DNA from: an uncultured Candidatus Saccharibacteria bacterium
GTDB lineage: Bacteria > Patescibacteriota > Minisyncoccia > Phycocordibacterales > UBA9973
Direction of reading: 5' to 3'
NCBI GenBank assembly: GCA_964361705.1
Contig: CAYIBP010000002.1
Coordinates: 12,435 to 76,434, forward strand
DNA: 64,000 nt
Shown here: piece after piece, positions 54,725 through 64,000 of the stretch
How positions within the stretch are numbered: the stretch's first letter is position 1
How the letters are laid out: each line of letters starts with the position of its first letter
The notes under the pieces: model-generated
The model's input: the letters and a program-made list of their open reading frames with translations, nothing else
Databases searched by the model: none
What the model was told of the DNA's origin: nothing
Program-made: the position numbers and the translations under genes

Positions 54725-57598
54725 TTAATACAAAATGTTGATAACTCTATTCTTTACATAAATTATCTTTTTCGGATTCGAACCTCCTAAATACTTTAAG
54801 ACAGCAGCATTCATCAAAGCTTTCTTTTTTACATCATCTTCACTATCATCAGCAGAAATAACCAACTCACCGCGAGCTTTGCCATTCATTTGTATTGCAA
54901 TCTTAATTTCATCGTCTTTTATTAAACTCTCTTCCCATTTTGGCCAACCGGAAAGATGAATACTTTTCTTTTCACCAAGATTAAGCCATACATACTCTGC
55001 GATATGCGGAGCAAATGGCGCAAGTATCTGCATGAATTTTTTCAAATCTTCTCTATTCACGCTGTGGCCTTTGATAAAAGAAGACTCCATCTCTGTCGCC
55101 AGAATCATCATCGCGGAAATAGCCGTATTAAAACGCATATTTTCGATATCTTCTGAAACTTTTTTTATAGTTTTATGCAGAATTTTTGTAAGAGTACTTG
55201 GCGAAGGATTTTTATCTTCATTACCCTTTTGGCTGATTCTCCAAACCTTTTCTATAAACCTCCTTGATCCGATGATACTATCCATACTCCAAGCCACTGC
55301 ATCTTCGAACGGACCCATAAACATCTCGTATACGCGCAAAGTATCTGCACCGTAAGTTTTTACAATACTGTCAGGATTCACCACATTGCCTATGGATTTA
55401 GACATCTTTATTCCGCCTTCGCCCAATATCATACCGTGCGAAGTACGCTTTGCATAAGGTTCGGCTTGTGGTACGAGTTTTAAATCATATAAAAATTTAT
55501 GCCAAAAACGAGAATACAAAAGGTGTAAAGTCGTGTGTTCCATACCGCCGTTGTACCAATTTACCCCGCCGTGGCGTGGGTCGCTTCCAAGCCAGTATTT
55601 TAGATTTTTCTTGCTTGCAAATTCTTTACTATTTTTTGGATCAGTGTAACGCAAATAGTACCAAGAACTTCCCGCCCAGTTTGGCATAGTGTCTGTTTCC
55701 CTTTTGGCCTTGCCTTTGCATTTTGGACATTTTACATTTACCCACTTTGCAATACTTGCCAATGGCGACTCCCCTGTGTCTGTAGGTTTGTAACTTTTCA
55801 CATCTGGCAACTTTACCGGTAGATCTTTTTCTGGCACTGGCACGAGCCCGCATTTTTCACAATTCACGAGCGGTATCGGCTCACCCCAGTATCTCTGTCT
55901 GGAAAATATCCAGTCACGAAGTTTGAATTTTGTAACAATCTTGCCGCCCACAAATTTTGTGATTTCCTTTTTGGCTTGCTCACTAGTTAATCCATCAAAC
56001 TTTCCGGAATTTATTAATACACCTTCTTGAGTGATGCAGTGTGTTTTATTTTTAAACAACTTCCACAACTCTTGACCTTCACCATGATCTAAAAAACTAT
56101 CCAGCTCACTTTCTGTAAGCCACACCACCTCGTGTTTCATTTTTTCTTCGTTAGATACGCCAACATTTTCATTGTTTTCTAATTTGAAATGCAAACCTTG
56201 AAAATGAGCAAATCTGTTTTCATTTTTATGGGGTGCCCAAAATTTAGCATGCATTTTACCACCTATATATTTTATAAATTTAACATTCTTAAAACCAGTC
56301 TCTTCGAGAATTTCTCGCATTCCTGCGGTGACATAATCTTGCCCATCTGTGCCACCAACAACAAAACTACGCCAACTCTGTTTTTTCCATTTTAAACCAA
56401 TATATTTTTTTTCTTTCCAATGTTCCACGATACACATAGAAACATCTCTTTCTATAAATGGCTCATCTTCGTGTATCTTGTCCGGACCACTTGTATCTAC
56501 CCATACAGGTTCTATGACATCCCTTATTTCAATATTATATTTTTTTGCAAATGCACCATCTCGATCATCATGCGCGGGCACGGCCATTATCGCGCCGGTG
56601 CCGTATTCTGCCAATACATAGTCGGCTATGAACACAGGTATCTCTTCCTGACTTGCAGGATTTATGGCTTTGATACCTTTCAATTCCACACCCGTTTTTT
56701 CTTTTTCATCTGAAGTACGTTCGACTTCTGATTTCTTTTTTGTTTTTACTATATATTCATCTACCTCTTTTTTATTTTTTATTTTATCTCCAAGAGTTTC
56801 AACCAAGGGATGCTCTGGTGCCAAAACCATATATGTCGAACCAAAAATAGTATCAGCACGGGTAGTAAAAACTCTTATTTTCTTGTCTGAGTTTTTTAAA
56901 GAAAATTCAATTTCTGAACCTTCGGACCTCCCTATCCAATTCCTCTGCTGTATTTTTACCCGTTCTGGATAATCCACTGTGTCCAGATCTTTATCTAGTC
57001 TATCTGCGTATTTTGTGATGGCTAGTATCCATTGTTCTTTTTCTCTTTTTTCTGTCTGCCCGCCACAACGCTCGCACACTCCACCTATGGCTTCTTCATT
57101 TGCCAAACCAATCTTGCAAGAAGGACACCAATTAATAAAAGATTTTGCTTTGTACGCCAAACCCTTTTTGAAAAATTGTAAGAATATCCACTGTGTCCAT
57201 TTGTAATATTTTGGATCGGTAGTATTTATCTCGCGAGACCAGTCAAAAGAAAAACCCACAGACTTCAACTGTCTTCTAAAAGTATCTGTATTTTGTTTCG
57301 TCACCAAAGCTGGCTTTTTGCCTGTCTTTATAGCATAGTTTTCTGTCGGCAATCCGAAAGCGTCCCAACCTATAGGATACAAGACATTGCATCCTTCCAT
57401 GCGACGCTTTCTGGATATAATATCCATCGCTGCATAACTGCGAATATGTCCAGTATGTAGCCCTGCACCTGAAGGATAAGGAAACTCTACCAAAGGAAAG
57501 AATTTCTTACCCTTGCCATCAAGAGCTTTGTATAAATTTTTCTTCTCCCAATCTTTCTGCAATTTGCCTTCTATTTTCTTGTGATCGTAGTTTTTCAT
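54725..57598 (-). CDS. leuS: Leucine--tRNA ligase
   Basis: HIGH region HTGHIRSY, KMSKS and the CP1 editing domain. 957 aa. Confidence 0.95.
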   Translation of the reverse strand: MKNYDHKKIEGKLQKDWEKKNLYKALDGKGKKFFPLVEFPYPSGAGLHTGHIRSYAAMDIISRKRRMEGCNVLYPIGWDAFGLPTENYAIKTGKKPALVTKQNTDTFRRQLKSVGFSFDWSREINTTDPKYYKWTQWIFLQFFKKGLAYKAKSFINWCPSCKIGLANEEAIGGVCERCGGQTEKREKEQWILAITKYADRLDKDLDTVDYPERVKIQQRNWIGRSEGSEIEFSLKNSDKKIRVFTTRADTIFGSTYMVLAPEHPLVETLGDKIKNKKEVDEYIVKTKKKSEVERTSDEKEKTGVELKGIKAINPASQEEIPVFIADYVLAEYGTGAIMAVPAHDDRDGAFAKKYNIEIRDVIEPVWVDTSGPDKIHEDEPFIERDVSMCIVEHWKEKKYIGLKWKKQSWRSFVVGGTDGQDYVTAGMREILEETGFKNVKFIKYIGGKMHAKFWAPHKNENRFAHFQGLHFKLENNENVGVSNEEKMKHEVVWLTESELDSFLDHGEGQELWKLFKNKTHCITQEGVLINSGKFDGLTSEQAKKEITKFVGGKIVTKFKLRDWIFSRQRYWGEPIPLVNCEKCGLVPVPEKDLPVKLPDVKSYKPTDTGESPLASIAKWVNVKCPKCKGKAKRETDTMPNWAGSSWYYLRYTDPKNSKEFASKKNLKYWLGSDPRHGGVNWYNGGMEHTTLHLLYSRFWHKFLYDLKLVPQAEPYAKRTSHGMILGEGGIKMSKSIGNVVNPDSIVKTYGADTLRVYEMFMGPFEDAVAWSMDSIIGSRRFIEKVWRISQKGNEDKNPSPSTLTKILHKTIKKVSEDIENMRFNTAISAMMILATEMESSFIKGHSVNREDLKKFMQILAPFAPHIAEYVWLNLGEKKSIHLSGWPKWEESLIKDDEIKIAIQMNGKARGELVISADDSEDDVKKKALMNAAVLKYLGGSNPKKIIYVKNRVINILY

Positions 57599-57625
57599 AA
57601 ATTAGTATTTTTTAAGAATCAAAAT

Positions 57626-57699
57626 ATTCTCGTAGGAGTATTCGCTACTGACAGATAGGACTTGCCCTTCCAAGACAGAGTGCGAACGACGGAGAGAAT
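57626..57699 (-). other. Conserved ~74-nt structured element, copy B, in the leuS 5' region. Family member with 23885-23957.
   Basis: Shares the ACTTGCCCTTCCAAGAC, TTCGCTAC and GAACGAC cores with copy A. Terminal stem ATTCTC/GAGAAT. Confidence 0.4.
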
Positions 57700-57710
57700 G
57701 ATTTTAATTT

Positions 57711-58274
57711 TTATTGCTTTCCAAATTTCTTCACAGCAAGCCAGATGAGCGCCACGAGGGCAAGAGCGAGAATTATAACTTTTACCAAATTATCAGCAGA
57801 TGACCAATATCTGACAGAAGCAATAATGAGAGATAGCACACCACCCCAAGAAAGCCCTAATGTTAGTATTTCATTTGTTAAAAATGATCCAATAGCCAAA
57901 GACAAAACACCGAGCACTACAAGCATGATGAATATATTTCTTTCATAACTCTGTCTTGCTTTGTCGTATTCCTGTCTCTTTGTAAAATCTCTGTCACAGT
58001 AATCTCCTGGCTGAGGAACTTCTTGCCCATCTATAAGTTTGTAATATCTGGTATTCTCTACCCACTGTCCGCCGACATCGAGACATTCAGATTTGGTTTT
58101 TATCTCTTCCACTACTTGCTGTTGCGGAAAATAGCCATCATAACTAGGAGCTTTGTAAAAAAGCGAAATTGTGTAATTAAAGAAAAGATTAAGCACAACC
58201 ACCATACCTATAATAAGAGCCCATTTGAGAACCTTTGGTTTATTTGTTTCCATATTGGAGAGATTATAGCACAT
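57711..58274 (-). CDS. Hypothetical membrane protein (N- and C-terminal TM helices)
   Basis: 187-aa ORF. Confidence 0.4.
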   Translation of the reverse strand: MCYNLSNMETNKPKVLKWALIIGMVVVLNLFFNYTISLFYKAPSYDGYFPQQQVVEEIKTKSECLDVGGQWVENTRYYKLIDGQEVPQPGDYCDRDFTKRQEYDKARQSYERNIFIMLVVLGVLSLAIGSFLTNEILTLGLSWGGVLSLIIASVRYWSSADNLVKVIILALALVALIWLAVKKFGKQ

Positions 58275-58349
58275 TTAGAGCAAATCGGTATATAGGCTAA
58301 AAATACAAATCCCTCAGCTGGCGAGCCGAGGGGAGGTGATGAGAAATTT

Positions 58350-58541
58350 TTACCGTCTTTCTCGGGACGTTTTTTTTGCGCGTTCCGGCCATTCCGCAAA
58401 AGCGGCGCCCAACAAACAAAGCAAAGCAAAGCTGCCCGTGAACTTTGAAAATATCGCTACTGAAATTTCAAAGCATGCAGCAGTTGGCAAAATGATAGCC
58501 GCGATCAACAAAGCTATCAGAGGTGTCGTCTCTTTAGACAT
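58350..58541 (-). CDS. Candidate small two-TM membrane protein (63 aa) with a strong SD (AGGAGAA-N7-ATG)
   Basis: MSKETTPLIALLIAAIILP...FALLCLLGAAF. Start chosen at the internal Met, which is preceded by the RBS. Confidence 0.3.
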   Translation of the reverse strand: MSKETTPLIALLIAAIILPTAACFEISVAIFSKFTGSFALLCLLGAAFAEWPERAKKTSRERR

Positions 58542-58650
58542 ATCAGTTCTCCTGAAAAATGTTTCCGTGTTTCCCCTCACGGCGCGGGTGTGGGCTTGAG
58601 CAGCCCATGTGATTTGTACGACTACCAGTATATTATAGCACAATATATAC

Positions 58651-59568
58651 TTACTTGTCAAACCAAATGGCCGTATTTGAGAGAGACATGGCACGGGAGG
58701 TTGATTTTTCAAGTATGCACAGCTCGCCTTGTTTTATTTCCCCTTTCAGTCCATCCATCGCATCTGCGAGCGCGTAGCCTAAAGATAGCGCCGAAGAATC
58801 TATGGCATAAGAGTTTAAAATTACAAAAAGAGGATCATCACTCAGTATTTTCCGCACTTGTGCTAAAAGTTTCGGCAAATCGCGTTCTATTTTCCATTCT
58901 TCGCCTTTAGGTCCACGGCCGAATTTTGGCGGATCCATTATTACTGCATCATATTTCATTCCCCTTTTTTCTTCTCGCGCTAAAAATTTCAAAGCATCAT
59001 CTAAAATAATTCGCATTGGCATTTTTTCCAGTCCAGCAACTTTCTGGTTTTCTTTCACCCATTCCAAAGTTTGTTTAGAAGCGTCCACATGTGTCACTTC
59101 CGCGCCAGCGCGCAGAGCAAACAAGCTCGCCACGCCGGTGTAGCCAAAGAGATTTAGGAATTTGGGCTTGCGAAGGTCAATCTTTCGTAAATTTATTTTT
59201 TCCTCTATAAAATCCCAATGTACCGCCTGCTCTGGGAAAAATCCAAGATGCCTAAAAGGCGTCGGCGAAGCCAAGAATTTCACACCTTTGTATCCCATAG
59301 ACCATTTTTTATCTATCTTGTTTTTAAACTTCCACCCAGCCTTCGCGCCTGTCTTTGCGCTCCAAAATTTTCCATCTGCATTCTCCCATTCTTTTTTTCC
59401 TAAAGTCTTTTTCCAAACGGCATCTTCATACGGACGCACAAAAACATACTGACCAAAACGCTCCAATTTTTCACCCTCACCCGTATCGAGCAGTTCGTAA
59501 TCAGTTTTATCCTGAGTACCTCCGAAGGACCAATCTTTGCTAAAAAATATTTCTAGTTTGTTTTGCAT
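58651..59568 (-). CDS. Class I SAM-dependent rRNA methyltransferase (RlmI/RlmK-like)
   Basis: LNLFGYTGVASLFA and the DPPKF motif. Confidence 0.75.
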   Translation of the reverse strand: MQNKLEIFFSKDWSFGGTQDKTDYELLDTGEGEKLERFGQYVFVRPYEDAVWKKTLGKKEWENADGKFWSAKTGAKAGWKFKNKIDKKWSMGYKGVKFLASPTPFRHLGFFPEQAVHWDFIEEKINLRKIDLRKPKFLNLFGYTGVASLFALRAGAEVTHVDASKQTLEWVKENQKVAGLEKMPMRIILDDALKFLAREEKRGMKYDAVIMDPPKFGRGPKGEEWKIERDLPKLLAQVRKILSDDPLFVILNSYAIDSSALSLGYALADAMDGLKGEIKQGELCILEKSTSRAMSLSNTAIWFDK

Positions 59569-59605
59569 AAAATTTTAAAAAAGATATAATTTTCATAATT
59601 ATTTT

Positions 59606-60595
59606 TTAAATCAAAAATTCTATTACATCTCCATCTTTTACCACATATTCTTTCCCTTCTGTGCGCACTAAGCCCTTTGCGCGAGCGTTGGCGTATGATC
59701 CAGAGTCCAGCAAATCTTTCCAATTTATAACTTCAGCTCTGATGAATTTTTCTTTAAAATCATTGTGTATAGCGCGACCCGCCTCCGGCGCGGTAGAGTG
59801 TTTTTTTATAGTCCAAGCACGTGTTTCATCTTCACCTGTTGTGAAAAATGTTTCTAGCCCTAGAAGTTCATAACTCTTTTTTATCAAATCATCAAATCCT
59901 TTTTCAAAAACAGGATCTATTTTGACAGATAAACCCGGTAGGTCTATGTCTTTATTTTCATTTGCTTCTGACACATTTAGCACATAAAGCATGGGTTTAA
60001 AGGTGAGTAAATTCAGAGATTTTATTTTTGCTTTTTCTTCGAGAGATAATTCTGATTCACTTGCCATTTTTCCTGCTTCAAGACTTTTCATTACTTTTTG
60101 TAAAACAAGATCTTCTGCTACTGCTTCTTTATCACCCTTTTTTACATCACGTACCAGACCAGCCAATCTCTTTGAAACGACTTCCATATCAGCCAAAATA
60201 AGTTCAAGATTTATAACACCGACATCTTGCAGGGGGTCAACTTTATTTGCCACATGTATCACAGAATTATCTTCAAAAGTTCGCACCATATGCGCTATAG
60301 CATCCACTTCTCGAATATTAGTCAAAAATTTATTACCCAAACCTTCGCCTTTTGAAGCCCCAGCTACGAGTCCGGCTATATCCACAAATTCTATTACTGC
60401 TGGTATAGTTTTTGCTGATTTTGAAAATTCTGAAAGTTTATTTACCCGCTCGTCTGGCACAGGCACGATACCCACAGATGGATCAATGGTACAAAAAGGA
60501 TAGTTCTCTGCTGGAACGCTCTTTTTCGTTAGGGCATTAAAAAGCGTGGATTTACCCACGTTTGGTAGACCTACTATTCCGATACTTAAAGACAT
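59606..60595 (-). CDS. ychF: Ribosome-binding ATPase YchF
   Basis: GIVGLPNVGKSTLFNALT, plus TGS domain. Start set at the MSLSIG Met. Confidence 0.9.
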   Translation of the reverse strand: MSLSIGIVGLPNVGKSTLFNALTKKSVPAENYPFCTIDPSVGIVPVPDERVNKLSEFSKSAKTIPAVIEFVDIAGLVAGASKGEGLGNKFLTNIREVDAIAHMVRTFEDNSVIHVANKVDPLQDVGVINLELILADMEVVSKRLAGLVRDVKKGDKEAVAEDLVLQKVMKSLEAGKMASESELSLEEKAKIKSLNLLTFKPMLYVLNVSEANENKDIDLPGLSVKIDPVFEKGFDDLIKKSYELLGLETFFTTGEDETRAWTIKKHSTAPEAGRAIHNDFKEKFIRAEVINWKDLLDSGSYANARAKGLVRTEGKEYVVKDGDVIEFLI

Positions 60596-60637
60596 GGGAA
60601 TAATATAGCAAAACAATATAAAAAAGTCATCTTGACT

Positions 60638-62002
60638 TTACTTTAACGCTGTTAATTTTGAAGCCAAACCTATATAATTCTCGGGTGTTATATTTTTCAA
60701 TTCTTTTTTTACCTTCTCTGAAACTTCAAGAGAATCTACAAATTTATAAATATCTTCTAGTGTGAGTTTTCTGCCACGAGACAATTCTTTCAATTTTTCA
60801 TAAGGCATTTCCGCACCTTCTCGTCGCAATATGGTCTGGATGGCTTCGGTTATGACTTCTGGACGTGATGTTAAGTATTCTTTTATCTTTATTTCATTCA
60901 CGGAAATCTTGCCCAAACCTTTTAATATAGAAACATATGCAAGAAAAGCGTGTCCAAATGCCATGCCAAATGTACGCTCTACCGTAGAATCAGAGAGATC
61001 GCGTTGAAGTCGCGACACCGGAAGCTTACGAGCAAAAAATTCAAATAAGGCGTTTGCGATACCTAGATTGCCTTCGCTATTTTCAAAATCAATCGGATTT
61101 ATTTTATGTGGCATTGTAGAAGATCCAACCTCGCCTTGTTTTGGTTTTTGGATTACCCAATCATCAGAAATATATCTCCACATATCTTGATCGAAATCGA
61201 GCAGTATGTTATTTGTGCGTTTCATCGAATCGAAGATTCTGACATAACTATCATGGCATTCTATCTGGGTAGTGACAAGATTTATTTCTAGTTTCTGTAT
61301 TCTGTCTTTATTTAAAGTTTCAATAAATCTTTTACTAAAATCAACCCAGTTTACTTTTGGATAAGCTACACTGTGTGCGTTGTAGTTGCCCGTGGCTCCG
61401 TTTAACTTTGATTTTATTTTAATACTTTTTAGATTTGCGAGCTCGTCTTCCAAACGTACAGCAAAAACTTTCATTTCCTTGCCAAACGTAGTGGGTGATG
61501 CGGGTTGTCCGTGTGTTCTAGCAAGCATTGGCAAATCTTTATATTTTTTGACCAAAATATTTAGTTCAGAAATTATTTTTTTTATTTCTGGAATCATGAC
61601 TTCTTCTAAGGAAGATGAGAGCATCAGAGCGTAAGCAATATTGTTTGTATCCTCAGAAGTCAGAGCAAAATGCGCCCATTCAACAACATCTTTCAAAGAG
61701 GTTTTACCTAGTTTTTCTTTTATGAAATATTCTACTGACTTTACATCGTGATTCGTGGTCGCCTCAAAGTTTTTTATGGCAGTGTATGAATTATCATTAA
61801 ACTTTTCATACAAATCAAAAAGCATTTGCTCTTCTTTTTTGGTAAATTTTCTAAGATTTATTTTAGGTTCTTTTGATAATGCCACAAGATACGCGCACTC
61901 CATCATCACTCTGTATCTCATCAACGCTTGTTCGGAAAAATACTCGGCTAAAACCTTTGTCTTTTCCCTATATCTCCCATCCAAAGGACTTATAGCTTGC
62001 AT
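60638..62002 (-). CDS. purB: Adenylosuccinate lyase
   Basis: Fumarate-lyase signature GSSTMPHKINP. Confidence 0.9.
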   Translation of the reverse strand: MQAISPLDGRYREKTKVLAEYFSEQALMRYRVMMECAYLVALSKEPKINLRKFTKKEEQMLFDLYEKFNDNSYTAIKNFEATTNHDVKSVEYFIKEKLGKTSLKDVVEWAHFALTSEDTNNIAYALMLSSSLEEVMIPEIKKIISELNILVKKYKDLPMLARTHGQPASPTTFGKEMKVFAVRLEDELANLKSIKIKSKLNGATGNYNAHSVAYPKVNWVDFSKRFIETLNKDRIQKLEINLVTTQIECHDSYVRIFDSMKRTNNILLDFDQDMWRYISDDWVIQKPKQGEVGSSTMPHKINPIDFENSEGNLGIANALFEFFARKLPVSRLQRDLSDSTVERTFGMAFGHAFLAYVSILKGLGKISVNEIKIKEYLTSRPEVITEAIQTILRREGAEMPYEKLKELSRGRKLTLEDIYKFVDSLEVSEKVKKELKNITPENYIGLASKLTALK

Positions 62003-62961
62003 TATATTTTTGCTAAATTATTTTTAATACGCTCTGCTGTACTTTGCGAAAAATCATGCTCAAACTTTTTTCCTGTAATCGTCTCATAAATCTCTATATA
62101 CCGACGAGAAAGCTCGGCTACTAAATCAACTGGCGCTTTAGGTAAGACTTCGTCTTTATAAGGATCACAATGTTCTTTGAACCATAGACGCAAAAATTCT
62201 TTATCAAAATATTCTGGCTCTTCTCCGCGAGAAAAACGTTCCTCGTAAGTATCAGCTTTCCAGTACCGCGAAGAATCCGGTGTATGGATCTCGTCTATTA
62301 GCGTAAGTTTGTTTTCTTCATCTAACCCGAATTCATATTTAGTATCTACTAGTATGAGTCCTCGTTCTTTTGCAATCTCTTGCCCCTTTTTAAACAATGC
62401 CTTAGCAACTCTCTCCAACTCTAAAGCCATTTCTTCTGGGAGTATTTTTTCTTCTACGATTCCCTTGGGTGTTATCGGTCTATCATGTTCATCTGATTTA
62501 GTGGTAGGAGTAAAGACGGGTTCTAAGAGTTTTTGATTTTTCTTCATATCATCTGGAAGTATAAAATTGCCAAAATCACGTTTTCCTTCTTTGTAATGTG
62601 TCCAAAGCGATGTAGAAGTAACTCCAGTGATGTATCCCCTCATCACACACTCGATAGGTATGGGCTTACATTTTTTGGCAACGAGTACATTTGGATCAGG
62701 GGAACTTAAAACATGATTTTTGACGATGTCTTTTGTTTTGTCAAACCAAAACAAACTGATTTGGTTTAATATCTCTCCCTTAAAAGGTACATTGGCAATG
62801 TTTCTATCAAATGAAGAGTGCCTGTCTGTTGAGATCAAAGTTATATGATCCGGTGCTGTATACACATCGCGAACCTTGCCCACTTTTTTCTCGCCAAGAT
62901 TTGGAAAATCCGTTTCTATAACTACATCATTTATATGTTCTTTTATTTTTTCTATGTTCAT
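62002..62961 (-). CDS. purC: SAICAR synthetase
   Basis: Long-form PurC sequence: GKVRDVY...ECVMRGYITG. Confidence 0.9.
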   Translation of the reverse strand: MNIEKIKEHINDVVIETDFPNLGEKKVGKVRDVYTAPDHITLISTDRHSSFDRNIANVPFKGEILNQISLFWFDKTKDIVKNHVLSSPDPNVLVAKKCKPIPIECVMRGYITGVTSTSLWTHYKEGKRDFGNFILPDDMKKNQKLLEPVFTPTTKSDEHDRPITPKGIVEEKILPEEMALELERVAKALFKKGQEIAKERGLILVDTKYEFGLDEENKLTLIDEIHTPDSSRYWKADTYEERFSRGEEPEYFDKEFLRLWFKEHCDPYKDEVLPKAPVDLVAELSRRYIEIYETITGKKFEHDFSQSTAERIKNNLAKI

Positions 62962-62967
62962 ATAATT

Positions 62968-64000
62968 TTATTTTAAAATTACTTTTTTATTACCATTTAC
63001 TACTTGACCTATTTCAAAAACTTTGTATTCTAGATATTTGTTTAAAACTTGAAACACTTTTTCTTTTTCGCTTGTTGGGAGAATCAAAATCAATCCTATG
63101 CCCATATTGAAAACGCGAAACATCTCCTTTTCTCCAACATTACCAAGTTTTTGCAAATAAGAAAACAGAGGTAACACAGGCCAAGTGCCTGTATTGATAA
63201 TCGCATCTAAGTTGCCAGGCAAAACTCTGGGAATGTTCTCAATCAAACCACCACCTGTAATATGAACTATGCCACGAATATCTATACCACCATCTAGCAT
63301 TTCCAAAACTGGTTTAGAATAATTTATATGTACTTTCAAAAGAGCCTCTCCAACAGTCATACCTAAATCAAAAACATTTGTATCTACTTTGTGTCCTGCT
63401 ACTTCAAACAGCAATTTCCTAGCCAAAGAAAAACCATTCGTGTGTAATCCGCTAGAAGCGAAACCTAAAACCACATCGCCTTCCTTTATCTTTTCTCCCG
63501 TGATTATTTTTTCTCTTTCAACTACACCAGTAATAGAGCCGGCAATGTCATGTTCGCCTTCTCTATAAACTCCGGGCATTTCGGCGGTCTCTCCACCGAC
63601 GAGGGCGATGTTGTTTTCTCGGCAAGCTTTTGACATACCGTAAACCATAGCTTGCATAACCTCGGGCACGAGCTTGTCGTGAGCTACATAATCCAAGAAA
63701 GTTAGTGACCTCGCTCCCATTGACAAAAGATCATTTGCGCAGTGATTCACTATATCTTCTCCGACAGTGTCATATTTATTCATCATCTTTGCCACAGAGA
63801 GTTTAGTGCCAACACCATCTATACTCTGCACTAAGACAGGATTTTTGTAGTTCTTTAATGCTTCACCTATATCATACAAACCTCCAAAACTGCCAATACC
63901 TGTGAGCACAAAAGAATTGTGAGTACTCGCAACATCAGATTTGATTCGGTCCACAGATTCATTGCCAGCATCTATGTCCACACCAGATTGTTTGTATAAA
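62968..64000 (-). CDS. purM: AIR synthetase (phosphoribosylformylglycinamidine cyclo-ligase). 5' end lies beyond the window.
   Basis: The frame is open to position 64000 (LYKQSGVDIDAGN matches the PurM N-terminal YKDAGVDIDAGN). AIRS C-terminal domain also present. Confidence 0.85.
   Translation of the reverse strand, partial: LYKQSGVDIDAGNESVDRIKSDVASTHNSFVLTGIGSFGGLYDIGEALKNYKNPVLVQSIDGVGTKLSVAKMMNKYDTVGEDIVNHCANDLLSMGARSLTFLDYVAHDKLVPEVMQAMVYGMSKACRENNIALVGGETAEMPGVYREGEHDIAGSITGVVEREKIITGEKIKEGDVVLGFASSGLHTNGFSLARKLLFEVAGHKVDTNVFDLGMTVGEALLKVHINYSKPVLEMLDGGIDIRGIVHITGGGLIENIPRVLPGNLDAIINTGTWPVLPLFSYLQKLGNVGEKEMFRVFNMGIGLILILPTSEKEKVFQVLNKYLEYKVFEIGQVVNGNKKVILK

Noticed and set aside
57599-57710. 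Possible T-box leader upstream of leuS.
   Set aside because: The region is only about 110 nt. It has no specifier-loop or T-box (AGGGTGGNACCGCG-like) sequence. It is described instead as a novel conserved element.
1-64000. CRISPR arrays.
   Set aside because: No series of regularly spaced direct repeats of 24-40 bp was seen anywhere. The only repeats are isolated hairpins and the two-copy intergenic element.

Overview
This 64 kb window is low-GC and gene-dense, with small proteins, and is most consistent with a reduced-genome bacterium of the Candidate Phyla Radiation (Patescibacteria). It is not a CRISPR locus.

Most of it is housekeeping, largely on the minus strand. That includes rplY, fba, gatB and obg; a dcw cluster (mraZ-rsmH-ftsL-ftsI-murF) with MraZ-box repeats in its promoter; lysS, greA and rpsU-ybeY-ftsA-ftsZ-trxB; valS preceded by tRNA-Val; lepA, an MsbA-like ABC exporter, murJ, leuS, ychF and purB-purC-purM. 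Eight tRNAs are present: Glu-CUC, Glu-UUC, Ser-CGA, Val-GAC, Phe-GAA, Arg-CCU and Gly-CCC.

The main accessory feature is an island of about 9-10 kb (roughly 12.9-22.3 kb) that begins at tRNA-Glu(CUC). A large serine recombinase gene on this island runs into the 3' half of that tRNA. The island carries:
- a winged-helix DNA-binding protein;
- two secreted proteins;
- a three-gene operon that looks like a restriction-modification system: a C5-cytosine methyltransferase, a GHKL (MORC-like) ATPase fused to a PD-(D/E)xK nuclease-like C-terminus, and an HTH protein resembling a phage terminase small subunit. This is my best candidate for the unusual, largely uncharacterised system.

Other notable items:
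- a partial secreted SpvB/TcB-N-like + FG-GAP-repeat (toxin-like) gene at the window start;
- a pair of conserved ~73-nt structured intergenic elements, upstream of msrA and of leuS, with covarying terminal stems;
- a PlsC-like acyltransferase split by a frameshift in an A8 run;
- a 250-bp polypyrimidine tract bracketed by two perfect 16-bp hairpins;
- a 5'-truncated FlaR-like pseudogene;
- a LAGLIDADG-like ORF abutting tRNA-Val.

All calls come from reading the sequence and the ORF translations. No database searches were run.
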